DNA from: an uncultured Candidatus Rokubacteria bacterium
GTDB taxonomy: Bacteria > Methylomirabilota > Methylomirabilia > Rokubacteriales > DASRDR01
NCBI GenBank assembly: GCA_963708025.1
Contig: CAVPSB010000012.1
Span: 64,001 to 128,000 of the forward strand
Reading direction: 5' to 3'
DNA length: 64,000 bases
Shown here one piece after another: positions 36,888 through 46,928 of the stretch. The stretch's first letter is position 1. Each line of letters starts with the position of its first letter. The position numbers and the translations under genes are program-made. The notes under the pieces were generated by a model, which saw only the letters and a list, made by a program, of their open reading frames with translations, did not search any database and had not been told where the DNA came from.

Positions 36888-38975
36888 ATGACCGTCGATC
36901 TCACCCCGCTGTTCGTGCCGCGCCGGGTGGCCGTGCTCGGCGTGTCGCGAAACCCCGAGAAGCTGGGGCACCGGCTCCTCCAGAACCTCCTCGAGGCGGG
37001 CTTTCCCGGCGAGGTGGTGCCCGTGAACCCGAGCGGCGAGGCCATCCGGGGGATAAAGAGCGTGGCGCGGGTGGCCGACATCCCCGGCGAGCTCGACCTG
37101 GCACTGGTGAGCCTGCCGGCCGCCGCCGTCGTGGGGGCGGTGGGCGAGCTGGGGGACCTGGGCTGTCGCGCCGCCGTCGTGCTGGCCTCCGGCTTCGGCG
37201 AGACCGGGGAGGCCGGCCGGGCACTTCAGCGGGAGCTGGCGGCCATCGCGCGGTCGAGCGGGATGCGGATCGTCGGCCCGAACTGTATGGGCGTCGTCAA
37301 CGTGCCGGGTCGGCTCAACGGCTCCTACTTCTGGAACGCGCCGCGGGAGGCGGGCGGGATCACCTTCGTCTCCCAGAGCGGCGCCTACGGCGGCCTCTTC
37401 TTCCGTGAGGTGCGCGCCCGCGGCCTCGGCGTGGCCAAGTTCCTCTCCATCGGGAACCAGGCCGACCTCGGGTTCGTCGAGTGCCTCGACTGGCTGGCCG
37501 GCGATCGCGACACCCGCGTGGTCGCGCTGTTCGTCGAGGGGATCCGGGACGGCCGCGGCTTCGTGGAGGCCGCCGGCCGGCTGTCCGCCGCGAAGCCGGT
37601 CGTCGCCTTCAAGGTCGGGCGGGGGAGCGCCGGCACCCGGGCGGCCGGCTCCCACACCGGCTCGCTCGCCGGCGCCTACGAGACCTACCTGGCGGCGTTC
37701 GCCGCGGCCGGCGTGGTGGTGACCGGCGACACCGAGGAGTTCTTCGACGCCATCGTCGCCCTCGATGCCGACGGCGGCCGCCCGCCGCAGGACGACGGCG
37801 TCGCCATCCTCACGGTGTCCGGCGGGCCATCGGTCGCTGCCGCCGACGCGGCGGAGGCCGCCGGGCTCCGGGTGCCGCAGCTCCCCGACCCGCGCCGCCG
37901 GCAGCTCCGGGCCCACCTGCCGGGCTTCGGCGCCGACGGGAACCCGGTGGACATGACCCCCCAGATGGAGCCGGCCGCCTTCGGTCCGGCGATCCGGCTC
38001 GTCCTCGAGGCCGACGAGGTGGCCGGGGTGATCGCGATCGACGTCGGGCTGGACGTGCCGGCGTACGGCGAGGCCGTCGTGGCCGCTCAGGCGGCCACCG
38101 GCAAGCCCGTCGTCGCCTGTACCGCGGACACGCCGGGCGTGGACGCGCGACTCCGCGCGGCCGGCATCCCGATCTTCCCGACCCCGGAGCGCGCGGTGCG
38201 CGCGTACCGCGCCCTGCGGGCCCGCGCGGTCGCCGGATCGCGGGCGCGGCCGATCCCCGCTCGCGCGGTCCCGCGGGCGCTCCCCGCCTCGATCGCGGAG
38301 CCCCTCCGGCGGGCCGAGGGGCCGCTCCCCTACGACGTGGCTCGGGCCCTCCTCGGTCACTACGGGATCGCGTTCCCCGAGGAGGGCCTGGCGACCTCGG
38401 CGGAGGAGGCCTGCTCGGTCGCCGCCCGGATCGGCTACCCAGTGGTGGTGAAGACGGCCAGCGCCGCCGTCCTGCACAAGACGGACGCGGGCGGGGTCGT
38501 TCTCGGCATCGGCGACGATGCGGCCCTCCGCGAGGCCTGTCGCGCGCTGGCCACCCGGTTCGGCCCGGCGCCGGTTCTCGTGCAGCGGCAGGTCGATGGC
38601 GGACTCGAGCTGCTCGTCGGAGGCCGCCGCGATCCGGTGTTCGGCCCCACGGTCCTCTTCGGGCTCGGCGGCGTCCTGACCGAGATCCTGCGGGACGTCT
38701 CGCTGCGGCTGGCCCCGCTCGACGCGGCGGAGGCGCGGGCCATGCTGCGGGAGGGACGACGGGCGGCCCTGCTCGGCGGCTTTCGCGGACGGCCGGCCTG
38801 CGACGAGTCCGCGCTGGTGGCGGCGCTGACGGGAGTCGGGGATCTCCTGGCCGAGCATCCGGAGATCGTGGAGCTGGACGTGAACCCGCTCATCGCGCGG
38901 GGCGCGCAGGTGGTCGCCGTGGACGCGCTGGTGATCGTCGACCGAACCAACCAAGGAGGGAACGATGGGGCGTGA
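36888..38975 (+). CDS. Acetate--CoA ligase (ADP-forming) family, CoA-binding plus ATP-grasp domains
   Basis: GPNCMG, SQSGA, AGSHTGSLAG (phospho-His), HKTDAGGV, ELDVNP. Confidence 0.9.
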   Translation: MTVDLTPLFVPRRVAVLGVSRNPEKLGHRLLQNLLEAGFPGEVVPVNPSGEAIRGIKSVARVADIPGELDLALVSLPAAAVVGAVGELGDLGCRAAVVLASGFGETGEAGRALQRELAAIARSSGMRIVGPNCMGVVNVPGRLNGSYFWNAPREAGGITFVSQSGAYGGLFFREVRARGLGVAKFLSIGNQADLGFVECLDWLAGDRDTRVVALFVEGIRDGRGFVEAAGRLSAAKPVVAFKVGRGSAGTRAAGSHTGSLAGAYETYLAAFAAAGVVVTGDTEEFFDAIVALDADGGRPPQDDGVAILTVSGGPSVAAADAAEAAGLRVPQLPDPRRRQLRAHLPGFGADGNPVDMTPQMEPAAFGPAIRLVLEADEVAGVIAIDVGLDVPAYGEAVVAAQAATGKPVVACTADTPGVDARLRAAGIPIFPTPERAVRAYRALRARAVAGSRARPIPARAVPRALPASIAEPLRRAEGPLPYDVARALLGHYGIAFPEEGLATSAEEACSVAARIGYPVVVKTASAAVLHKTDAGGVVLGIGDDAALREACRALATRFGPAPVLVQRQVDGGLELLVGGRRDPVFGPTVLFGLGGVLTEILRDVSLRLAPLDAAEARAMLREGRRAALLGGFRGRPACDESALVAALTGVGDLLAEHPEIVELDVNPLIARGAQVVAVDALVIVDRTNQGGNDGA

Positions 38976-39991
38976 CACGAGGGCACTCAGCCGGCGGCAG
39001 TTCCTGGAGGCGACCGGCGCGACGGCCGGGGCGCTGGCGGCGGGAGCGGCCTGGCCGCGCCGCGCGCAGGCCCAGGGCGGCAAGGGGAAGGTCCGCTTCG
39101 CCTACCTCCAGCTCGGCTGGGCGGCCTGCGAGATCGTCCACAAGGAGGACCTGCTCGGGAAGCGCGGCTGGCTGGCGGAGTACAACGTGGTGGCCGGCTC
39201 GCCGGCCGGGCTGGTCAACACCTTCGCCGCCGGCCAGGTGGACGCGATCGACATGTCGTTCGCGCTCAGCGCCAAGATGTTCGAGGACAGGGTGCCGCTC
39301 AAGGTGACCGGAGTGGCCACGGCGGTCCTGGGCGCCATCGTGGCCCGCAAGGACTCCGGCATCAGCAAGGTCGAGGATCTCAAGGGCCGGAAGATCGCGG
39401 CCGTCGTCGGGACCACCACGTTCTTCGACATCCGCACGCTCACGCTCAAGGGCTACGGCTTCGACATTCAGAAGGACACCCAGCTCGTCACCGCCCAGGC
39501 GCCGCCGGACATGGCGACGCTCATGGCCAAGAAAGACGTGGACGCCATCGTCGCCTGGCAGCCGATCTCCGATCAGGTCGTCCTGCGCGGCGACGGCGTC
39601 TACCTGGCCAAGCAGATCGACCTGTGGCGGAAGGCCACCGGCCGGGCGACCGGCTACCCGGTCCACGTCTGCTACGTGGTGAACCCCGGGTTCATCGAGA
39701 AGAACCCGTCGTTCCCCCGGGACCTCAACGACGCCCAGAAGGAAGCGGTCGACGTCTGGTACAACAAGAAGGGTCGCGCCATCGAGATCGCCGCCGAGAT
39801 CACGAAGCTGCCCCGGGAAGTCGTCGAGTACGCCTACGGGCAGACGGTGCAGATGCTCCACGGGCTCTCCGACGAGCAGATCGACACCCTCGTCGCTCCA
39901 GCTCAAGCTGATCAAGGAGTCGGGGTTCCTCAAGTCGGACGTCTGGGACGACGCCGAGCGGGTCAAGAAGGAGTTCTTCTGGCGCGGATAG
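38965..39991 (+). CDS. NitT/TauT-family ABC substrate-binding protein, Tat signal; frameshift near 39897
   Basis: LSRRQFL; EDLKGRKIA; C-terminus continues QLKLIKESGFLKSD...EFFWRG* in shifted frame. Confidence 0.82.
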
Positions 39992-40004
39992 CGCGGCGGG
40001 CCAG

Positions 40005-40758
40005 GTGGGAGGGCTGGGTCCGGCGCTTCCGGCTTCCCACCGTGCTCCTCTTCCTGGCGGTGCTGGTCGTCTGGGAGGCGGTGGCCCGGCGCTACGGCGC
40101 CTACGTCCTGCCGCCCCCGGGCTCGGTCGTCCGGGGTCTGGCCGTCATCGTCCAGTCGGGGGAGCTGTGGAAGCACGCCGGCGCCTCGCTGTACCGGATC
40201 GCCGTCGGCTTCGGCGGCGCCCTGGCCCTGGCCGTGCTGATGGGGCTGGCGTCGTTCCTGTGGGGCTCGGCCCGCATCGTCGTCCGCGACGTCGTGACCG
40301 TGCTCAACTCGACGTCGGTCTTCGTCTGGATCGTCGTCTCGCTGATCTGGTTCGGCCTCAGCGACCTGGCGCCGATCTTCACCACGTTCATGATCACCCT
40401 TCCGGTGGTCGGGGCCAACGTGGTGGAGGGGGTGGAGAGCGTCGACCGGCGGCTCCTCGAGATGGGCCAGGTCTACCGGCTCTCCGGCTGGGAGAAGTTC
40501 CGGGCCATCGTGATCCCGTCCACCGTCCCGCACCTGGTGGCCGGCATGAAGGTCGGCTTCGGCCTGGCGCTCAAGGTCTCGGTGGTGGCCGAGATCTTCG
40601 GCGTCACCAGCGGCATCGGCTACATCATGAACTACAGCCGGGAGATCCTGGCCACCCAGATGGTGTTCGCGTGGGCGATCGTCATGATCGCGATCATGCT
40701 GGTGACCGACAAGCTCGTCTTCGAGTCGCTCACCCGGCGCCTGGAGCGCTGGCGATGA
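40005..40758 (+). CDS. NitT/TauT-family ABC permease (start uncertain, 40005-40042)
   Basis: YVLPPP, SLYRI, VDRRLLEM, VVAEIFG..SGIG. Confidence 0.85.
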
Positions 40759-40760
40759 GC

Positions 40761-40800
40761 CCTTCGGGGGGGTCTCGGAAGACCCCCCCGACACCCCCCC
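40761..40800 (-). repeat. Family C repeat, reverse orientation
   Basis: Reverse complement of 35381-35420; followed by hairpins GCCGCGGC-GAA-GCCGCGGC and CCCGGCC-GCGA-GGCCGGG. Confidence 0.75.
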
Positions 40801-40984
40801 GCGGAGGCCGCGGCGAAGCCGCGGCTCGGAGTGGAACGCCCGGCCGCGAGGCCGGGAGCCAGCACGTCGCGAGAAGCCAACGGGCGGCAGGGATGAGAGC
40901 CGCCGGTATCGCTCATACGTTCTGAGAGAACTCGGGCGTTTCGGGCGGCGAGCGGCGGCCCACGCCAGGGGCCGACGCCACGTA

Positions 40985-40993
40985 TGGTAGGAT
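40985..40993 (+). promoter_or_regulatory. Extended -10 (TGnTAGGAT) for a probably leaderless vapBC transcript
   Basis: TG-G-TAGGAT ends 7 nt before GTG 41001; GTATGG direct repeats overlap it. Confidence 0.5.
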
Positions 40994-41000
40994 GTATGGC

Positions 41001-41222
41001 GTGCGTAAGACGACGGTCTACATCCCGGATGACCTGAAGGTCAAAATCGAGCGGGCCGCAGCCCAGCAGGGTCGCACCGTGGCCGAACTGGTGCGAGAGG
41101 CCCTCCGCACGCTCGTCGAGCGCGCTACGCCACCCCGTCCCCGGTTGCCCTTGTTCGAGAGTGGCAAGTCGGACCTGGCCGAGCGCGTGGACGAAGCCCT
41201 CCACGGCTTCGGCGAGGCGTGA
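41001..41222 (+). CDS. vapB: Ribbon-helix-helix (CopG-type) antitoxin
   Basis: RKTTVYIPDDLK...TVAELVREAL; GTGA overlap with PIN gene; alternative ATG 40992. Confidence 0.85.
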   Translation: MRKTTVYIPDDLKVKIERAAAQQGRTVAELVREALRTLVERATPPRPRLPLFESGKSDLAERVDEALHGFGEA

Positions 41223-41653
41223 TCCTCCTCGACACGAGCGGGCTGCTTTCCGCCATCGACGGAAGTCAGCGTCACCACGCCGCATGCGCGGCGATCCTGA
41301 CCGAGGCCGATGTGCCCTTGCTGCTCTCACCGTTCGTTCTCGCTGAGCTGGACTACCTGCTTACCACGCGCGTGGGGCCCGCGGCGCAGTTCGCGCTGCT
41401 AGACGAAGTCATCCGGGGAGCCTACCGGCTCGAAGAATTCGGCGTCGAGGACGTTGTCCTAGCTCGCGACATCATGGGGCGATATCGGGATCTTCGGTTG
41501 GGCCTGGCTGACGCGTCGCTCGTCGTGCTCGCGGAGCGGCACGGAGCGCGGGAGATCCTGACCCTCGATGAGCGGCACTTCCGCGTGGTCCGGACGCTCG
41601 ATCGCAAGCGCTTCCATCTGCTCCCGGCGGACGGTTCCCGGAGACGGCCGTGA
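41219..41653 (+). CDS. vapC: PIN-domain toxin
   Basis: ILLDTS, LAELDY, LGLADAS, LTLDERHF. Confidence 0.9.
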   Translation: MILLDTSGLLSAIDGSQRHHAACAAILTEADVPLLLSPFVLAELDYLLTTRVGPAAQFALLDEVIRGAYRLEEFGVEDVVLARDIMGRYRDLRLGLADASLVVLAERHGAREILTLDERHFRVVRTLDRKRFHLLPADGSRRRP

Positions 41654-42405
41654 AGCTCGAGGTCGACTCGGTCTCGAAGGGATACCAGATCCCGGTCCTG
41701 GACGCCGTCAGCTTCCAGGCGGCGGAGGGGGAGTTCGTCTGTCTCCTGGGCCCCAATGGCTGCGGCAAGACCACCCTGCTGCGGATCATCGGAGGACTGG
41801 AGCCGCCGACCGCCGGCGAGGTGCGGCTGGACGGCCGGCCGGTACGCTATGCTGGCCGGGCCGAGTTCCATGTGGGGGTCGTCTTCCAGGAGGACCGGCT
41901 GCTGCCGTGGACGACGCTCGAGGACAACGTCGCGCTCGTGTTGAAGCCCCTCGGTCGCGATGCCGCCGCCCGGCGGGAGACGGCCCGGCGATACCTGCGC
42001 TTCGTGGGGCTCCAGGGCTTCGAGGGCTATTACCCGAACCGGGTCTCGGGCGGTATGCGCCAGCGGGCCGCCATCGCCCGGGCCCTGGCCATCGAGCCCG
42101 ACGTCCTCCTGATGGACGAGCCGTTCGGGGCGCTGGACGCCCAGAATCGCCGGATCATGCAGGCCGAGGTCCGGCGCATCTGGGCGGAGACCGGCAAGAC
42201 CATCGTCTTCGTCACCCACTCGATCGAGGAGGCCGTCGCGATCGGGACGACCCTGGTCATGCTGTCGGCCCGGCCGGCCCGGGTGAGGGAGCTGATCCGG
42301 ATCGAGCAGGACGGGGCGACCCGCCAGGCCCACGCGCTGGTCGACCACCTGAACCAGGTGATCATGGAGGAAGTGATCCGCCAGCAGGGAGAGGCCTCGG
42401 GTTGA
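41650..42405 (+). CDS. NitT/TauT-family ABC ATPase
   Basis: GPNGCGKTT, FQEDRLLPW, SGGMRQR, MDEPFGALD. Confidence 0.92.
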   Translation: MKLEVDSVSKGYQIPVLDAVSFQAAEGEFVCLLGPNGCGKTTLLRIIGGLEPPTAGEVRLDGRPVRYAGRAEFHVGVVFQEDRLLPWTTLEDNVALVLKPLGRDAAARRETARRYLRFVGLQGFEGYYPNRVSGGMRQRAAIARALAIEPDVLLMDEPFGALDAQNRRIMQAEVRRIWAETGKTIVFVTHSIEEAVAIGTTLVMLSARPARVRELIRIEQDGATRQAHALVDHLNQVIMEEVIRQQGEASG

Positions 42406-42548
42406 TCAAGAAGACGGCCAAGGGCTACGTGCTCTACTCGAAGGACGGCTCCCAGAAGCTCGGCGGGCCGTACCGGACGCGGGAAGAGGCGCTTCGCCGC
42501 GAACGGCAGGTCCAGTTCTTCAAGCACTCGAAGAAGCGGGCGGGCTGA
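42402..42548 (+). CDS. Small basic hypothetical protein (48 aa)
   Basis: TTG overlapping the ATPase TGA, SD GGAGAGG; MIKKTAKGYVLYSKDGSQKLGGPYRTREEALRRERQVQFFKHSKKRAG with host-like codon usage. Confidence 0.7.
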   Translation: MIKKTAKGYVLYSKDGSQKLGGPYRTREEALRRERQVQFFKHSKKRAG

Positions 42549-42564
42549 CCCCGGGGAGGCGACG

Positions 42565-43632
42565 ATGATCAAGCCGTACATGGCGGTGGGCCTGGTGCCC
42601 ACGGTGCGCGGGATCCGGAAGCGGAGCGACATCAAGATCAACCTCGAGCACCTCACCCACCTGGTGAAGGCGGCCGCGTGGCTGTCGAGTCTCTCCATCC
42701 CGGTCCGGCTCATCGCGTTCCCCGAGGGGGCCCTCCAGGCCTTCAACGACGAGGTGCTCGATCTCGACCACGTGAAGTTCGCCCGGGAGTGCGCCATCGA
42801 CATCCCGGGCGAGGAGACGGAGGCGCTCGGAAAGATCGCCCGCGAGTACAACGTCTTCGTCATGGCCCAGGCCAAGGCCCGGCACCCCGACCTCAAGGAC
42901 CGCTATTTCAACGTTGGCTTCATCCTCAACCCACGCGGCAAGCTGATCCTCCAGCACTACAAGGTCTCGCCGCTGTTCCCGGTCGAGCACTCCGTCTGTC
43001 CCCACGACGTCTACGACTGGTGGGTCGAGAAGTACGGCCGGACGCTGGACGCGTTCTGGCCGGTGGTGGACACCGAGATCGGACGCCTGGGCATCATGAT
43101 GGCAAACGAGGGATCGTACCCCGAGAACGCCCGCGCCCTGGCGCTCAACGGAGCCGAGGTGGTCTACCGGGCCTCGTACCCGCACCCGGCCACGGGCAAC
43201 GAGTACTTCGAGATCCAGAGCCGGGCCCGGGCGCTCGACAACAACATGTACCTGGTGGCCCCCAACATGGGGACCTACTACCTCTTTCCGGAGGAGACCA
43301 CCCCGATCGACACCTTCGGCGGGCGGTCCTTCATCATCGACTACAGGGGACGGATCGTGGGCCGCCAGGACTACGGGGCCGGCTCGACCTACGTGGCGGG
43401 GCCGATCGACATCGAGGCCCTGCGCCACCATCGCGCCTCCGCCCAGTGGGACAACTGGCTGAAGGACGTCCGGACCGAGCTCTACCAGCTCCTCTACGAG
43501 CGGCCCATCTACCCGAAGAACCTCTACCTGAAGCGGGAGCCGATGAAGCACGCCGAGTACCGGCAGAAGGTCATCAAGCGCCAGATCAAGCTCCTCCAGG
43601 ATCGCGGCATATGGAAGAAGCCCGGCGAGTGA
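42565..43632 (+). CDS. Carbon-nitrogen hydrolase (nitrilase superfamily), atypical nucleophile site
   Basis: AFPEG, HYK, DTEIGRLGIMMANEGSYPE, RARALDN. Confidence 0.85.
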   Translation: MIKPYMAVGLVPTVRGIRKRSDIKINLEHLTHLVKAAAWLSSLSIPVRLIAFPEGALQAFNDEVLDLDHVKFARECAIDIPGEETEALGKIAREYNVFVMAQAKARHPDLKDRYFNVGFILNPRGKLILQHYKVSPLFPVEHSVCPHDVYDWWVEKYGRTLDAFWPVVDTEIGRLGIMMANEGSYPENARALALNGAEVVYRASYPHPATGNEYFEIQSRARALDNNMYLVAPNMGTYYLFPEETTPIDTFGGRSFIIDYRGRIVGRQDYGAGSTYVAGPIDIEALRHHRASAQWDNWLKDVRTELYQLLYERPIYPKNLYLKREPMKHAEYRQKVIKRQIKLLQDRGIWKKPGE

Positions 43633-44129
43633 GCCGCCGCCGGCCCGCCGCCCTCGTCCTGGTCCTCTGGCTGGCCGCCGCCGGCTGCGGGCTCGCCCGG
43701 CCGGCGCCGCTCGACGTGCCGCCCGGCCAGCGGGTGGTGGTGGGGCGGGTCGACCTCAACGCGACCGACATCCCGGAAGGGTTCATCGAGATGGCCCGGG
43801 ACGACGGGACCTTCGACTACCCGCTGGCCATCTCCCGGGGCACGTCCGACTTCGCCATCATGCTGCCCCCGGGCCGGTACCGCGTCACGCGCCTGCGCGG
43901 CGGCAAGGACGGATCGACGATGTCCAATCAGATGGTCTGGGACGTGAGCCCGGTGACCTTCGAGGTGGGGGCGGAGCCGGCGGTCTACATCGGCACCCTG
44001 CGCTTCCGCCTCTCCGTCGGGCGGTTCCGCGTCCAGGTGCTGGACGAGCTCGACGACACCCTGCGGATCGTCCGGCGCTGGCACCCGGACCTGCCGGTCG
44101 TGGTCCGGGGCCTGGCCTCGGCGACCTGA
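43629..44129 (+). CDS. Hypothetical lipoprotein
   Basis: GTGA overlap; MSRRRPAALVLVLWLAAAGC lipobox; LPPGRY..., VYIGTL. Confidence 0.65.
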   Translation: MSRRRPAALVLVLWLAAAGCGLARPAPLDVPPGQRVVVGRVDLNATDIPEGFIEMARDDGTFDYPLAISRGTSDFAIMLPPGRYRVTRLRGGKDGSTMSNQMVWDVSPVTFEVGAEPAVYIGTLRFRLSVGRFRVQVLDELDDTLRIVRRWHPDLPVVVRGLASAT

Positions 44130-44136
44130 GCCTGCC

Positions 44137-45570
44137 GTGGCCATCACGCCCAGCGCGTCCTACAGCATCACGGTGCGGGTCGAGATCCGGAACCGGCCGG
44201 GCATGCTGGGGCGGGTCACCTCGGCCATCGGCGAGGCCGGGGGCGACATCGGCGCGGTGGACATCGTCGAGCTGCTCAAGGATCGCGTCGTCCGTGACCT
44301 GACGATCAATGCCCGGGACGACCGGCACGGCCAGGAGATCGTGGCGGCCCTCCGCCGGCTGGACAGCGTGCGCATCGTCAACGTCTCCGACCGCACCTTC
44401 CTCGTGCACCTCGGCGGCAAGATCGGGATCCACAACAAGGTGCCGGTCAAGACCCGCGACGATCTGTCGATGGCCTACACGCCGGGGGTGGCCCGGGTGT
44501 GCCTGGCCATCCGGGACGATCGGGAGAAGGTCTTCACGCTCACCATCAAGCAGAACGCGGTGGCGGTCGTGACCGATGGCACCGCCGTGCTCGGGCTCGG
44601 CGACATCGGGCCGGAGGCGGCGTTGCCGGTCATGGAGGGCAAGGCCATGCTGTTCAAGGAGTTCGCCGACGTCGACGCCTTTCCGATCTGCCTGGCCACC
44701 ACCGACGTGGACAAGATCGTCGAGACGGTCAAGCTCATCTCGCCCGTCTTCGGCGGGATCAACCTGGAGGACATCTCGGCCCCGCGCTGCTTCGAGGTGG
44801 AGGAGCGCCTTCGGGCGGAGCTGGACATCCCGGTCTTCCACGACGATCAGCACGGCACCGCGGTGGTCGTCCTGGCCGCGCTCCTCAACGCCCTGCGCAT
44901 CGTGGGCAAGGAGCCGCCGGGGATCAGCGCCGTGGTGTGCGGGGTGGGCGCGGCCGGGACGGCGACCATCAAGATCCTGCAGGCGGTCGGCGTGACCCGC
45001 ATCCTGGCCGTCGACGAGCACGGCATCCTGGCGCCGGGGCGGGCGGCGCCGATGGATCCGATCAAGGCCTGGGTGGCCCGCGAGACCAACGCCGCCGACC
45101 GGCGGGGCACGCTGGGGGAGGCGCTGGAGGGCGCCGACGTCTTCATCGGCGTCTCGGCCCCCGGCGTGCTCAAGGCGCGGGACGTCCAGGCCATGGCCCG
45201 GGACCCGATCGTCTTCGCCATGGCCAACCCGGTGCCCGAGATCATGCCCGAGGAGGCCGCCCCCCACGTGCGCGTGATGGCCACCGGTCGCTCCGACTAT
45301 CCCAACCAGATCAACAACGTGCTGTGCTTCCCCGGCTTCTTCCGCGGCCTGCTCGACTGCCGGGCCAGCCAGGTCACCGACGAGATGAAGATCGCGGCGG
45401 CCCAGGCGATCGCCTCCATCGTGAGCCGGCACGAGCTGCACGAGGAGTACATCATTCCCAGCGTGTTCAACCATAAGGTGGCGCCGACCGTGGCCCGCGA
45501 GGTGGTCAAGGCCGCCAACAAGGCAGGCGTCGCGCGACGCAAGCGCCGACCGGCCCGCCGGGCCTGGTAG
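44137..45570 (+). CDS. NAD(P)-dependent malic enzyme with N-terminal ACT domain
   Basis: NRPGML (ACT), YTPGVA, VTDGTAVLGLG, FHDDQHGT, TGRSDYPNQINN. Confidence 0.93.
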   Translation: MAITPSASYSITVRVEIRNRPGMLGRVTSAIGEAGGDIGAVDIVELLKDRVVRDLTINARDDRHGQEIVAALRRLDSVRIVNVSDRTFLVHLGGKIGIHNKVPVKTRDDLSMAYTPGVARVCLAIRDDREKVFTLTIKQNAVAVVTDGTAVLGLGDIGPEAALPVMEGKAMLFKEFADVDAFPICLATTDVDKIVETVKLISPVFGGINLEDISAPRCFEVEERLRAELDIPVFHDDQHGTAVVVLAALLNALRIVGKEPPGISAVVCGVGAAGTATIKILQAVGVTRILAVDEHGILAPGRAAPMDPIKAWVARETNAADRRGTLGEALEGADVFIGVSAPGVLKARDVQAMARDPIVFAMANPVPEIMPEEAAPHVRVMATGRSDYPNQINNVLCFPGFFRGLLDCRASQVTDEMKIAAAQAIASIVSRHELHEEYIIPSVFNHKVAPTVAREVVKAANKAGVARRKRRPARRAW

Positions 45571-45578
45571 GGAGAGTC

Positions 45579-46772
45579 ATGTCCGACGCGTTCGCCGAGG
45601 TCGCCCGCCGGGTGGACGAGATCAAGCCGTTCCTCGCGGTCGAGGTCTTCGAGCGCGCGGAGGAGCTCGAGCGGCAGGGGCACGACGTGGTCCACCTCGA
45701 GTTCGGGGAGCCGGACTTCGACACGCCGGCCGTGATCCGGGAGGCGGCCATCCGCGCGATCCGGGACGGCCGCACCAAATACACCCACAGCCTGGGGATC
45801 CTGCCCCTCCGCGAGGCGATCGCCGAGCACTACCTCGCCACCTACGGCGTCGCCGTCTCCCCCGACCAGGTGCTGGTGACCGCCGGCACCTCGCCGGCGA
45901 TGCTGCTGCTGTTCGGGGCGCTACTGGCCGCCGGGGACGAGGTGGTCCTGACCGATCCCCATTACGCCTGCTACCCGAACTTCGTCCGCTACGCCGAGGG
46001 GGTGGCCGTCTACGTCCCGACCACCGAGGCCGAGGGCTGGGTCGTTGACCCCGAGTCGGTCCGATCGCGGCTCGGCCCGCGCACCCGGGCCATCATGGTG
46101 AACTCCCCGGCCAACCCGACCGGCGCCACCCTGTCCTCCGAGCGCCTGGCCGCGCTGGCCGAGCTGGTCGAGCAGGCGCCGGCCGGGGCCTGGCTCGTCT
46201 CCGACGAGATCTACCACGGGCTCGGCTACGAGGGGCCGGATCACACCGCGCTCGAGTTCACCGACCGCGCCTTCGTGCTGAACGGCTTCTCCAAGGCTTA
46301 TGCGATGACCGGCTGGCGGCTCGGGTACCTGATCGCCCCCAAGGCGTACATCCGGACCTTGCAGAAGCTCCACCAGAACTTCTTCATCTCCTCGCAGGAG
46401 GTCTCGCAGTGGGCCGGCGTGGCGGCCTTGCGGGCCGCAGGTGACGAGGTCGTACGGTTCCGGCGGATCTTCGCTGAGCGGCGGCGGGCCATGGTGGACG
46501 GCCTACGGGCGGTGGGCCTCGGCGTCGGCCCGGAGCCGACCGGGGCCTTTTACGTCCTGGCCGACGCGCGCCGGTATGCCGCCCGATCCTACGATTTCGC
46601 GTTCGAGATCCTGACCGGCGCCCACGTGGCGGTGACGCCCGGGATCGACTTCGGCGCCGCTGCCGAGGGCTACCTCCGCGTCTCGTACGCCAGCGGACTC
46701 GAGCGGATCGGGGAGGCGATGCGACGGCTGGACGCGTTCCTCCGGGAGCGCGGACCGAAGCGAGACGTATGA
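45579..46772 (+). CDS. PLP-dependent aminotransferase class I/II
   Basis: GEPDF, NSPANPTG, SDEIY, NGFSKAYAMTGWRLG. Confidence 0.92.
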   Translation: MSDAFAEVARRVDEIKPFLAVEVFERAEELERQGHDVVHLEFGEPDFDTPAVIREAAIRAIRDGRTKYTHSLGILPLREAIAEHYLATYGVAVSPDQVLVTAGTSPAMLLLFGALLAAGDEVVLTDPHYACYPNFVRYAEGVAVYVPTTEAEGWVVDPESVRSRLGPRTRAIMVNSPANPTGATLSSERLAALAELVEQAPAGAWLVSDEIYHGLGYEGPDHTALEFTDRAFVLNGFSKAYAMTGWRLGYLIAPKAYIRTLQKLHQNFFISSQEVSQWAGVAALRAAGDEVVRFRRIFAERRRAMVDGLRAVGLGVGPEPTGAFYVLADARRYAARSYDFAFEILTGAHVAVTPGIDFGAAAEGYLRVSYASGLERIGEAMRRLDAFLRERGPKRDV

Positions 46773-46928
46773 AGCGCACGGTTCGTCCGGCGGCCCCGGT
46801 GGGCGGGAGATCCCGATGCGAGCCGGAGGGGACCGGGCGGATCCGGACACTCTTCCTCGTCCCGGCCGGGTGCGCGATCCCGAGTCCTGGTGTAGTGTCG
46901 GGCGAGCGGTCGGGGCATACCGGGACCA

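Noticed and set aside
38965-40758. Apparent SBP-permease fusion (597 aa)
   Set aside because: The SBP C-terminus and stop (39991) are in a shifted frame.
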